Part shown: positions 1-13,400 of the stretch, piece after piece
Layout: each line of letters opens with the position of its first letter
Position numbering within the stretch: the first letter of the stretch is position 1
DNA from: Lytechinus pictus
Lineage: Eukaryota
Length of the DNA stretch: 64,000 nt
Assembly (NCBI RefSeq): GCF_037042905.1
Contig: NC_087259.1
Coordinates: 12,338,001-12,402,000, forward strand
Direction of reading: 5' to 3'
The notes under the pieces: model-generated
What the model saw: only the letters and a program-made list of their open reading frames with translations
Database searches by the model: none
Told to the model about the DNA's origin: nothing
Made by a program: the position numbers and the translations under genes

Positions 1-49
1 CAACACCAACACCGAACTTGAAATCACCCATTGTCATTGACATTAACAT

Positions 50-742
50 TAGGGTGTCTGAAGCCACACTGAAAAGTGTCAGCATAAAACAGGCAGATTT
101 AGGGGAAAATATGGCACATTTTTTCGGGAAGTTCAGGCTGCTAAAAAAAATGTGATCTGAATTGATTATTAACTTGTGTTTGGCATGTATGGAAAGATAA
201 ATGTCAGGGGCTTCTTTTGACAGTAAGGACAAGTTTATTGGATCATTTTAAATAAGGATTTAGAGATAAATTGCAAACCCTTATTTGTGTGTGTGTTGAG
301 ATTGCCATTTCCCCATGCGTTTTCTATGGGAAAATGAAATATCTGTTTTGCACAATTTTTTTCACTTTGTCGCAATTTTTCATTGTGATCTGGTTTCCAA
401 ATCTTTATAAAAATCATACCATCAGAAAGAGCATAAAAAATCCTATTGGTCTCTTTATGGACAAGTTTTTGGCATTAATGATAAATTTATAATACTAGCT
501 CTCAGAAGCTAAAAATTTGGAATTGTGTGTGTCCATTTCTTAACTACACAGTCTATGGCACTTTGGCAGAGAAATGCTGAAAATTGACCTAATTTCATTC
601 TTCTTTTTTGCAGCCAATAATTGGATTTTTTTCAAAAATGTTACATTTCTGTCAGTTTGAAGGTCATTTCTCTTCAAATTTACAAAGAAAATGTGATATT
701 TTCTTGAAATAAGAAAAATTATTTTTTTCTCCAGACACCCTA
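50..742. mobile_element. Possible non-autonomous DNA transposon
   Basis: 11-bp inverted ends TAGGGTGTCTG / CAGACACCCTA; no 8-bp TSD seen. Confidence 0.45.
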
Positions 743-1206
743 GCTAGGCCTATACTATAGTCGACACAGTAACAACATTTTGGCTTATAAGTTAAAGAAA
801 TGTTAAACTGATTACTGGGGTGGCTAGTATCCCACGATTAGACTAATTTGAAATATTTTTTCAACTAAACACACAGTCACAGCGTAGACTAACCGTTAGT
901 GTGTAAAATCTGCATCAACGCGAGAGGAGTTCAGGAGCCGGAGCGATCTCGCGATCACCCTATTCCTGCTTGGGCATTTCGCCCTTGTCCGCTGGCCTGG
1001 AATTTCCTCGCGCCGACCAAGCAATGCCTGGTGCAGTGGGCTTAAAAGTCAGTCGAATTATTTCTGATTTACACAAAACTGGGATATACATTTCTTTCAC
1101 TTTATCAATCTAGAAGAAGCCAGCCTTATGGTGTAATAGTAAAAATCGACAATTTAAACTAACGAACAAATCATTAATCAATTCATATTTATTAAAGTTG
1201 TTTTAC

Positions 1207-1510
1207 CTGTACCTGCAGCAGCCGATCCGCTTTTGTTAGTCTGGCCTCTTTTAAGACTTTCCGAGTTAATTTCTTTGAAATAATTCATGAGCTTTCATTG
1301 TGGAGTGAGCAAATAAATCCGAGGTAAACTATAAAATCATAAATGATCATAAAAAGTGTTACTTTTACTATCAATATATTTCTTTATCAAACGATAAAGA
1401 AATAATTAATAATACATTTTTTTTTCTTTTGTATCAAGACTTGAATTAATGTTAGTTTCAAAGGGTGTGACAGTGGGCGTGGCAAGTATCGGCAAATGAG
1501 TAAACAAAGA
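1207..1510 (-). promoter_or_regulatory. Possible non-coding first exon and promoter of a gene continuing left of the window
   Basis: Tandem donors CAG|GTACAG|GTAAAA at 1212 and 1206; CpG-rich 900-1050; GC-box-like GGGCGTGG at ~1475. Confidence 0.35.
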
Positions 1511-4500
1511 TATGCATTCCTAGTTACATGGAAATATTCTCTCCCTAATGTTATGAGGAACATGTTGAGGGACGATTATCTATATTATGTAACACTGCAT
1601 TCTCATGTTTTATTTTGTAGTAAAAGTCCATGATGCCAGTGACCTTATATGCTCAATATATGATCTGTATAATTTGCATACAGAAAACAGGGCAGGATAT
1701 GGATGTAATCATCTTCTTGAAACACACTAAATAGGCCGCTAATTGAACAGACCTTATAGACCAAGCCAATTGCTGATTGAAGTTACAAGCAAAGTCTGTA
1801 CGTGTTTGGATACCTATAGTGTATATGGTCTTTATGATGAGCCCATCTCCATTCAAATACTCCCTCTCTAGATTACCCCCCCCCCCCTCCCGACTGAAAA
1901 ATCTGGGTTTTTTTTAGGAGTTTATGCTGCGAAGCCAGAAAAAATCTCAGTAGAGCATATCCAGACCGAAATTTTTCGGTCTGGCAATTCCGCCCATCTA
2001 TTTATCTTCCTCCCCCAGCCCCCACCCCTGGCCTCACATACACCCCCTCCCATCTATTTATCTTCCTCCCCCAGCCCCCACATACACCCCTCTCTCTATC
2101 ACACACACACCTGCTCTGCCAATTAAGCTCTATATATCTCTCACCCACTTTCAGTGGCTTATCTGGGAAAGTAAATACCAAATAAAAATAAATAAAAATC
2201 CAAACTTATGTTATACCAAAGATTAGTGTTGAAGTTGAAAGGGATGTAACTGCTTGTCCTGACCGACTGCCTTCATAGGGTGCTCTCTTCTAAGAAACAG
2301 TGCCCCCCCCCCCTTCTTTCATTCCCCTCTCCTACCATAAACCTCTCATGTACTTAATTTTCAGCGGGGCAGAGTTAGCCGGCACCCATGCACTTATGCC
2401 CTGTGCTGAGGGAATCATTACAAAATGTGTTCTGCCACAATTATAAATAAATAATCTTTCACTGAATAAGCTTACAGATGAAATAAAGTTTGAAAAAATC
2501 TTCAGAATTTATAAAAATTAAAGGGGTGAAATCAAATTTAAAATTCATTATTTGATTCCATTGATAAAGCTTACAGAGCAACATAATTGATGGATCATGC
2601 AAATTGCATATTAGACATATCCATTACCTTTATATTCACTGAATTTCCAAAGCAGGAAATTGTTAGTTTTGTACATTCATTTGATCTCTGTGCAATGCTT
2701 TCAGGGCCAAAAAATCAAATGTACTTTTAATAAACATTTATCTTGAATATTAAAGTGTTTTTCCATCATTTAGAGAAGATTCCAACATTGCCTGTATTTC
2801 CGCATCTTTTAGTATTTTGAATTTCCCCGGGGGGGGGGGGGGGGGTGGGGGCGCTTACATTGACGAGTGGATACCATGCCAGACCCAAAAAAAATGTAAA
2901 GGGGATGTCTTTTTCAAGATAGGGCATGTTACGTATGTAACGTATTAAGGGTGTCAAAAACACTAAAATAATGAATAAAGGGTATCTATTTCGCTAGGAG
3001 AGCTACGTGTTTAGGGGAATTTCCCTTTATACTTGCAAGAAACTCTCTGACCAGCATGGACCCTGAACATAAATGCCTTTTGAGCACTCGCTCTGCAAAG
3101 GCTTCAAACATGACATTGTTTACATTGTTACTATTGTTACTTATACCTAATAATAAAAACAAAGACACACGAGAGATAATTATTTCATTTGATGATATTA
3201 ATTGATTTATTTTTACAATTTGGTAGAAAAATAAAAATTTGCATGAAGAAAATCTGTCACACATCAGAGGTATACAATAATCAAATGAGTTGACATGTAT
3301 CTTTACAGAATACCATGGAGTCCTGTTTTGACAATGTAAAATTCCTCTATCATAACATAGTACTTCATTTGTTTAATCATTCAATGATCAAATAGAACTT
3401 TTCAAATGGCTCAACATTCAAAGTAGAGAGTTGTGATTCAGTAACAAATAAATGCTCTGCAATACTGTATTATCAATATGTCTCACAAAAGTGAAACTGA
3501 ATTTAAGAAAAAAAAACATGATATTGACTATTGAATCAGAATACATGTATATTTCATCATGAAATAGTCCAATCATGAAAACTATTCTATGGCAATAAGC
3601 CATTTTGTAATTACTTCATTAATTCAACAGCCTATAGCATTCATGTATTACAAACTGCTGCATCTTTAGTCTTGTCTCAAGAATCAACAAAATTATCTTT
3701 TCCTGATTGCATACATGTAGCAACAGGCAATAATTATACACATGATCTGTTTTCATACTTTTGAAAGACTTTCATTCAACTTCATGGAAGGTGACACAAA
3801 TTTTATAACATTTTCAAAACCTTCAGAGAATGTGAAAACTTTCGAATGATTTTGTGATAACATAAACTTTACAGTTGATACCTGATATTGCCTTTGCAAT
3901 CTGTGGATTTGACCTTGGCTGAGGATAAGATCATCGATTGAAAAAACAAACAAACATAAAGAACTTTTACCTCTAGATCTATGACAGGATACATCAGAAT
4001 AAATTGTCCATATTACAAGCAAAAAACAAACTAGTTAAAATATTCCTCTTTTATTTGATACTGTTAGGAATCAGTAATGAATTTATATTAAAAAACACTA
4101 TACAGTGCATCTCACAAAAAAAAAAACTTATCTTAGAGCTAGATATCATAATTATGAAAAATATTTTGATCCTAGATTTAACATTAATAGACAGTAAAGA
4201 ATAATAACTCTTCTTTCATTCAAGACCAAATACTTTAAAAAAAATTTTCATGCATTGAAGAGTCAAATCAATGAATACTGAGAACTGTCAGATACAATTT
4301 ACAAGGAAACTCACACGTGAATCTGCATCTAATTGCATTTTAGAGATTTGTGAAAGAAACGTAATAAAGAATACAAACGATATGCAAATGAGCCATCCCT
4401 TTTTTACCCAAGGTTGTCACATCCTTATATTCCTTGAATTGTACATTAGTTTTGTATTATTTTGTACTTCTTGTTTTGAACAAAATATTGGCGAATGCCA

Positions 4501-6094
4501 GTGACGTTCTAATAAATTCAATTCAATTCACATCCTTAACAAATTTTGAACAATTTTTCTGCCCAACTTTGTTTTGAAATTGAGGTTTCAAACTCTTCCT
4601 GGTCATCTATGCATAAAGACTGTAAATCATTTGGCTATATTGAGTATAACTGGGAACCCTGGTTTTCTTTTTTGTGGGACACAATGTAGCTAAAGAACCT
4701 TTGTGACAATACACATCACTTCCTGAGTTGGATGTTCCTTCATACAATAAAGCACATTTAGTGAATATCAAGAACACCTTGCCTGATCTGGCACCACTTT
4801 CATATTTGGTTTATCTCATTATTTATTTCTCTTTTACAATCCATGCTGTATGTATATGAATATTTATAAGCAATAGGTAAGAAATTTAAAAAGTTGAATT
4901 CTTGAATAAGACAAAAACAACGCCAAAGAGAAATCATGGACAAGTTATGTACATGTATTGTACAATATACTCAAATAATGAACAATTTAGAAACACACTT
5001 CTGTCTCACAACGAAAAAAGAGAGATGAGTTGTGTGATGAATTTACATCATATACAGTAGGAGTTGGTAAGAGTTGAACCTGAAAACACAACATTTATAC
5101 ATGTTCTGTTACAGATTGAAAACATGTAATATCAAATATTACGGGCCATAAATGAAAAACTTAATCATGTATCATTTATATTCATATTCACACACAAATT
5201 CATATCTTTCAAAATCACAATTTAGAGAAAAGAACATTGAAGTCACTATTCGCTGAACTGCAAAAAAAAATAATAAGATATAAACATTCACAAAACTAAA
5301 TCAGTATTCAAATACCAATTTATATTTTTATCGCAGGTACCGAAGACCAAGGTTGGTCTTGCAATTAACTTGAATAATGAAATAGTCTCTGTATTGTTAA
5401 TTTAAATTTGAAAATCATGATTATGGATTTTATAACATCAGAGTCTTCATGATTTATCATATTTTGTTTATATGTGTTTTGAAATTCAACATTACAGGAC
5501 ATAGAAATTATGAAATATCATAAGACAAAAATGATCGTCATAAAAAAATCTCTCGGAATGTAGTGTGCAATGTCCATGATTGAGAATAACTCTTTTTCAA
5601 AAGCTTTTTTTTTTTTTTTTTTAAAGCACACAAGCACACATTTCAATGGTTTTTTTTCATTTTTCATACGCATTATAAAGGAATCGCTATAATAAAAAGA
5701 AAGGTAAAAAAGTACTTTTCAACAAATCTTTGATTATGCTTAAAAATCCATTTAGATGTTCTTTTGTGCTTCAAAAATAAATGTATATTGATAACATTAT
5801 CAAACGTCAATAACATTGCGTATGAAACCATCTCTCTTCACAAACATGTATGTTCATATGAATGAGTACTGTATAAATTGGAACAATTTCATGTATACTA
5901 CACACCCACCCAGTACAATACTTATCAAATTTGATCACAACATATTGATACTTATCAATATTACCACAAAATGGGACGGGTTAAATGTCAAAAGATTGGC
6001 AGGATCATTCCCCTGAGCACGCTAAATGGAAATCGTCAAATTGCCATACTACACAAAGGCTGGATGATCTGGGGAAGAACCGGACAGCGTTGCA

Positions 6095-6320
6095 ACTGTT
6101 TTTTGCGACAAGTTCTCAAATCTGACAACTTTCCTTGATTTTGATTGGCTGAGAAGCAGCAATATTACGGTTACTGTTGGATAAATTGGGAATTGTCGGA
6201 CGTTTTATCTGACAAGTCCTGTTTTATCCGACAGTTACCATAGCCATAAGGACTGTGCTTCTCAGCCGATCAAAATCAAGGAAAGTTGTCAGATCAGAAA
6301 ACTTGTTGGATGAAAAATTT
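6095..6320. repeat. Foldback MITE-like inverted repeat; related fragments at ~21810-21890 and 56225-56360
   Basis: TCTGACAACTTTCCTTGATTTTGATTGGCTGAGAAGCA / TGCTTCTCAGCCGATCAAAATCAAGGAAAGTTGTCAGA. Confidence 0.65.
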
Positions 6321-7118
6321 TGATGAAGTACTTCTCTGGAGACCATTATGGGTCATATTAAAGTCTAGTTTCAAGCCATGTTCTAAGTTACTCAAATTGT
6401 TCAAAGTATGGAAAGCCAAAAGTGTCAACTTCTTTAACAATGTTTCTTTTGTTGATTATGTTCTTTCCACATCCTTTAAAGGTGAAGAATCGTTTTGAGG
6501 TATTATTGATAGACAGTTAGTTATACATGATTTGAAAGATTAATGTCACACTTGGCTCTCCATAGTTAAAACATAACTTTGGACCAGAGCCGGAGTACAG
6601 AATATAGAATCGTATCTTCCAATTAGATTGCACTCTTACATGTGAGGTACATGGGGTCCATTTGTAATTCTGTCCTGTATTCTTGCTAAACTGCAAAAAT
6701 CCCTTTGGAAAGGTGCACTACTAGCAATGAAAAGCAACAGCTGCATGCACTTAATATGCAAATACCAGTTAGGAAACCATCATTTCTGAATGCATTGACA
6801 TTGCACATGAAGCAATAGTTTGCTGATCGCACATCTTGAAATTATGGTCAGCATTGTGTTTCCTTCGGTGTTTTCGTGCACAGAAACTCTAAACCACTCA
6901 AACTGGAATTACAAGCCTGTATCTCTATTTTCTCTGATTATTGGTTGTGTAAAAAAAAAATATCAAGGACAAGCAATTGCCTTGGTCTTTTTTACTAACG
7001 TGTTTATTTAGCAATGAAAATCTTGGAAGGCTGGGGAGAAATTGTGGAAATTATTGTAAACTTTGAAAGTTTATTTTCTCTAAATCAGTTTCGACAGTTC
7101 GAATGACCACCGACGATT

Positions 7119-7297
7119 TGATTACCATGTAACTGGCATGTGATATTTACGTCATTATCATGTGATTACCACATTACTATCACGTGATCATCATGTCATC
7201 ATGTGATTACCAGTTGTAACTGTCATGTGATTACCCTGGCACTGTTATGCAATTACCAAGTCAGTACCATGTAATTAGCATGTCACTATCATTACGA
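7119..7297. repeat. Degenerate ~20-bp tandem repeat (CATGTGATTACC) just 3' of the amine oxidase stop
   Basis: About 7-8 recurrences of CATGTGAT / ATTACC variants. Confidence 0.7.
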
Positions 7298-7328
7298 TCT
7301 CCATCCCTTGAATGGTTTTGGAATGCTG

Positions 7329-7434
7329 TTAAAGAACTGCCATAACTTCCTTCACAACTCTGGTGGATGCCTCTGCAGCCGCCTCCATCATCCCTAACCA
7401 AACGGTTCCTGTCTCCTCGCCAGCAAAATGAATA
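7329..7434 (-). CDS. Amine oxidase last coding exon (CIHFAGEETGTVWLGMMEAAAEASTRVVKEVMAVL*)
   Basis: Acceptor TTTTCTTCAG; amine-oxidase C-terminal FAGE motif; TAA stop. Confidence 0.9.
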
Positions 7435-10400
7435 CTGAAGAAAAAAATGATCATAAAAACAAAACAATAGAGGGATTTTTAAATTGTTTTGCTTTAATAT
7501 ATTTACATTATGACCCAAGTTAAGTCATCAAAATTTGAAATATTGTCATGTATACAATGACTACGGACCTCTGGCCTCTGATACTGACCTTATCGCTTCC
7601 AAAATCTGCTCAGCTCATTCACGCTCCAAGATGCATGCATGTTTGTCTGGTAGTGTTCAGATTGTTGCAAGGAGCCATTTCCAATGTTATAATGATCTTT
7701 GATCTCTGAACTTTGAAGTTGTAAGTTATATATCTACTAAAAACTTGGTTGCTCCTTTCAGTGGCCTAATGAGCCAGACATTTTGAGCATATGGGGCAAA
7801 AAATTTAAACCACAAGCAATCATGCAAAAAATTTGACAATTTTACAATGAAAATGGAATTTGTGGTAAAGTTTACCATAAAATTAAAAAAATACTATTCA
7901 CTTTACCCTTTTTTGTCTGCATCATTTTTTAATTTTTTTCTCGTGGTAATAAAACTTTTGGGGTCGAGTGACCACCCCCCCCCCACCCGCTCCCGAACCC
8001 CTCCCCCACCCCAATATAAAACCTCTATTTTGTCAATCCAGGAATCCAACTCTGTATTTTAGGATAGAAATCCAAGTGATTAACCCGTTGACTACTGGGA
8101 CCTGGTATTTCCGGTGCAAATGCTATGGTAATTTCGATAATTTTAATAACTACCAGCCGTGAGGTCTCGCCAAGGAAGCCATCACCTCCGAGAACTTGAC
8201 ACCAGCTCTCATCTTAACAGGTTCTTCTCCAGCAGCCTGTCGATTCCAAGACTACAGAAAGGAAGCAAAGAACACAAGATGATTTATTTGATCTTGACAT
8301 AAATGGAAATTCATTGGTATATGTATATAAAGTATTCACATGTATAAATGTTTAAGAAGGGGTTTTTATATTTTTGGAAATGTACCAAAAAGAAAAAACA
8401 AGCAACATAACAGTTCACTTCCACCATCTACTATACCTGAAAGAGAATTTATGATTAAATGATGGCACAAATAAAAGTAAGATATTGGCAGGTCATTTTC
8501 CCCTTGAATTACTTTAATATTTCGTTGAAATAATCGCAACCTGATATTATTTCAAGGAATTGATGACAATGTTTTGTTAGATCATAATGGCCTTTACTTA
8601 TGTTTTAGTCTCCAAGGAGGATGTAAAGGTACCTTCTTACGACCTATAGTGGAATGCATCCATGGCCATTGATAAATGACATTATGCTATTCAAGTGGAA
8701 ATATGGCACAATAGATCATCCCCTTGCTGAATAATACATTCGCTGCTCGAATATATGCAAGTGAGTGCATGAAACTCAACTGATCTTGGTATTCATGATA
8801 TCCATTGCTTCATCTCCCACCACATGGAGGCGCGATAGCTCAGTCGGTAGAGCGGGGGACTCGTATTCCGGTGACCCGGGTTTGATTCCCACTTGGTGCG
8901 CTAGTGCCCTTTGGTAAGGCATTAATCCTCAGTACCAGGTCCTTCGGAGGGGACCTTAAGCCGTCCGTCCTCTGGTTGCTTGCTTACAAGCATTCATGCT
9001 TTCTTAGCAATCAGGTAAAAAAATCACCACCAATCAATCACATTGGGTGATTCCAAGTACCGTGTTGAATTCTGGTGTTGTGACAACACCAACACCAGCC
9101 ACAAAACCATACTTGAAATGATGCTGGTGTTAGAATTGACCTCAGGAAATATGTCGTATTTCCAGCAGTTCGAGTCGAGCACTGTTGTTGAATGTAGAGT
9201 GTTGACGACCTACTTGTAATTTCCCCATTCACCAACACTAGGCCCCAGGGATTGGGAAAATCGTGATTTCAAGTTCGATGTTGGTGTTGGTGATTTGAAG
9301 CCCACAAACAGGCAACGAACAGGATGAAGCATCCCCATAAAATGAGTGCAAATCATTACAGCCTTGCACAATTTAATGGACAATAATGTTTACTCTTTCA
9401 GATTCTGGAAGTGATTTTAGCCTTTGCATTCTGTACGATGAGAATCTACTGTGATTTCTCCCCCACTTCACTTTCGTCATTGAGAAGTTCTCGCGTAAAG
9501 TTGAGATGATCAGCAGCACAGCGCAGAGGCGTGACGTCATAGGCTATCGATAACGCGATCATTATGATTCCTCTAGAGCTCGGTTCAGTAGCCCTTTTGC
9601 GCTCTCAACACCAACACCGAACACGAAATCAGCAATTGGCTAACAGTCAATGACTATCTAAATAGTGAAGGTGTACCTCAAGGTATGGTTGTAGGCCCTC
9701 TCATGGTTGGTTGGGTACTCACCTCATCTGTGTATTCAATAATGTCCCTTGCTTCATCTCCAAACACACAGGTTATGAAGTCAATGACTATTCAAAAGTA
9801 ATTGCATCAATAATTACAGTGTACCTCAAGGTACCATTGTAGGCCCTCTGATAGTTGGTTGGATACTCACCTCATCTCTGTATTCAATGATATCCCTTGC
9901 TTTATCTCCCAACATACTGGCTAAAAGTTAATGACTATTCAAAAGTAATTGCATCAATAATTACAGTGAACCTCAAAGTACCATTGTAGGCCCTCTGATA
10001 GTTGGTTGGATACTCACCTCATCTCTGTATTCAATGATATCCCTTGCTTTATCTCCCAACATACTGGTTATGAAGTCAATGACTATTCAAAATACTTAAT
10101 TGCATCAATAATTACAGTAATAATATAATAATAATAATAATAATGGATATTTAGAGGCGCTAAAAACAAAAAGTACCATAGCGCGTACAATGTATGAATA
10201 ATTTAACATGAATAATAATTTAATATTCAAGATAAAAAGGGAAATTAATTATTGAGGAAAAAGGGAAGATTTGAAGCCAAGAACACTGGAATCATTTCTT
10301 ATAGAAAGAGGGATAGCATTCCAAGTCTTGGCAGCTGCTACAGCAAAACGTTTTTCGGCAGAGGAGAGTTTTGACAAGGGAATGCAAAGTCTGCATGTGT

Positions 10401-13400
10401 CAGTGATTGAACGAAGATTACGAGAGGGTGTGTATAATTTGATGGTATTGTTAAGATATTCAGGTGCCAATTGATTCAGAGTTTTGTATACATATAAACA
10501 GACTTTAAACTGAATACGTTGGAATAGAGGTAGCCAGTGGAGTTCCTTAAATAGGGGTGTAGTATGAGTTCGGGATCCAAAGCCAAAAATTAATCGAGCG
10601 GCACGATTCTGAATAACCTCAAGTTTTCTTCTATCCCTAGCTGACAAAACAGTATATAAACTATTGCAGTAATCTAACCAAGAAAGAATAAGTGCTCGCA
10701 CAGCATGGTGACATGTTTTAAGATCAATGAATCTACGAATCCTCCACAAGTTGCTGAGATGATAATTACATTTACGGACAACCTGATTTACTTGAGCAGA
10801 CAGTGTGAACATGTTATCAATGCATACTCCAAGAACAGTAGTTTTAGTGGAGAAGGGGATGCATTGACCATTAACATTAAGCTGGATATGTGATATTGAT
10901 TGCAGATGGCGGGCAGAAGAACAGAGAGCTATGAATTGAGTTTTGCTATTATTCAGCTGGAGATAATTAGATGACATCCACCTACTTATTTCAGAAATAC
11001 AAAGAGAGGTTTTCTCAAGTGTTTCATTTACATTTTCAAAAGAGCGCGGGTCAAAGGAACAATACAGTTGTATATCATCTGCATAACAAATATACTGTAG
11101 ACCATGTTTATTAATAATGTCAGAGATGGGAGTGATATACAAACTAAACAGAATCGGCCCGAGAACTGACCCTTGGGGTACCCCAAACTCAGTGACCCAC
11201 GGGTCAGACAACTCTCCGGCTATGCTTACCCTAGATGACCAACCAGTCAGGTAAGACTCAAACCATTTAAGAGCTAGACCAGATATGTGAAATCGAGATT
11301 TTAAGCGATTCAGTAATATCGTATGATCCACAGTATCAAAAGCTGCACTTAGGTCCAATGAGACTAAGAAAACACACTTATGCTGATCGAAAAATGACAG
11401 AACATCATTCTGCAATTTCAAAAGGGCTGTCTCAGTGCTGAAATAGGATCTATATGCTGACTGCATTGGATCGTATAAGCCATTATCATTTACGTGTTCT
11501 GTTAGTTGAATTGATACTACCTTTTCTATCACTTTAGCAATATGTGAAATATTACTTACAGGCCTATAATTACATAATGTGTCTTTATTCAGATTGTTTT
11601 TCTTGATTATTGGTGTTACTATAGCCTGATGAACATCATCTGGAAATGTACCCGATGATAATGAGCTGTTTACAATAGAGGTCAGAGCAGAAATATTGCA
11701 ATTGACAAGTTTTTTTCCAAAGCCAAGTAGGTTGAGAATCTGTTAAAGAAGTGGCATTTGACATATTGCTCACAATGCGTTTGATATTATCCTCACTGAC
11801 AACCTCAAAACAATTCAACATACTTTCATGAAAAGAACTGACTTCTTGATTATCTACACTTCTTGGTTCAGGTGTATTTGTGACATTGTTGCGGATATCA
11901 CTTACCTTCTTGACAAAGAACAAAGAAAAACGATTTGCTAGATCAAGAGGATTATCATACACAGGGAGAAACTTAACATTCTTGTGGAGCAGATTATTAA
12001 CAACTTTAAAAACTGTTTTGACATTAGCTTTACAGAGTAACTCTGTATAGTATTTTTGCTTAGCCTCAACTATTAGGTCGTTAACATGCTTGTTAGCTAG
12101 CTTAAAAGCTGTGTGATCAGTGTCAGAAGAACTTTTGATCCATTTCCGTTCAATCCGTCTTCTTTCTCGACGCGCAGTAAGGATTTCCTCATTGAACCAA
12201 GGATTGCGAACCCTTGTGGAGCGGAGACATGATTTTTGAGGAGCAAACTCATCAACGCAGGCTGCTACAGATGTGTTATACGCAGTAAGAACTGAATCGA
12301 CATCACCAGCCGAGGACAAGTCATTGAGTTTGTCAATCAGTGCCTCACTAAATCCTTCGATGTCCATCTCCTTGAAGTTCCTGAAAGTCCGCTTAACTTT
12401 CTTCACCACCTGCCGAGGATACCTGAGTACAAACCGGATGCAGTGATGATCAGACATGAGACTATGATGAATGACAATGTCTTCAATTATGCAGTCACGA
12501 CGGGTAGGACAGATGTCTGCAGAGGATTGTCCTTGATGATTACTCTCATCTCTGGTCATTACAAGGTCCAAAGTGTGACCCATATTATGGGTAGCTCCGA
12601 TGACATGTTGAACCAAGTTAGCAGATTCTATGATGGAAAGGTACCATTGTAGGTCCTCTGATAGTTGGTTGGATACTCACCTCATCTCTGTATTCAATGA
12701 TATCCCTCGCTTCATCTCCCAACACACTGGCTAAGGTGTTAAGGGCTATGGTCTTCCTCTCATCACTCTACATAAACAAAATAATCATTTACATACATGT
12801 GTGTGAATGGTTAAAAACAACACAATATCAGGTTTATCATTCTAAATGATTATTCTTTCTTTAACCTTATTCTCTACATTTCTCTACATTTCTTGCAACT
12901 TGCAATTGTTAAAATGGAAGCATGCTTGGGACTGCCTTCAGAACCATGGACCAGCTAGTGATTGTGGTCCAATTGTGTGATAAACAGAATAAAAATGTTA
13001 AAAATCTCTTTCTAGAGAGATAAGGATAAAAGATAACTTAATATCTAAAATGACTGAGGAGACAACCCCGTTGTAAGAAAAAAAACATGAATAAATAAAT
13101 AAAATCTGTAACTCTATTATCCGTCTAATCACTTTTATCATATATTCATTGATAGGTCCCCTAATTTTTCTGAAAATTTACCTGACAACAGGGTCAGGGT
13201 AAGTGACCCCTTTAATGCATAAGCTAAACAGCTTTTACAGTGTGACGATTAATCTGCTTTTGCTCCTCAAAATTGGCAACAATCATTAATTTTCATTCAT
13301 GTTCATAATATGAAGACAAAAATATGAGATACAACATTTAGTAATCAAGTATGTTAATAGCAAAATTGTAAAGAATCGTTATAAATTTGCAGTTTTAAAC

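Noticed and set aside
8826-8900. tRNA gene
   Set aside because: The acceptor stem does not close, there is no T-run terminator, and it continues into a SINE body.
9645-10118. CRISPR-like array
   Set aside because: Whole units repeat with no unique spacers, and the context is eukaryotic.
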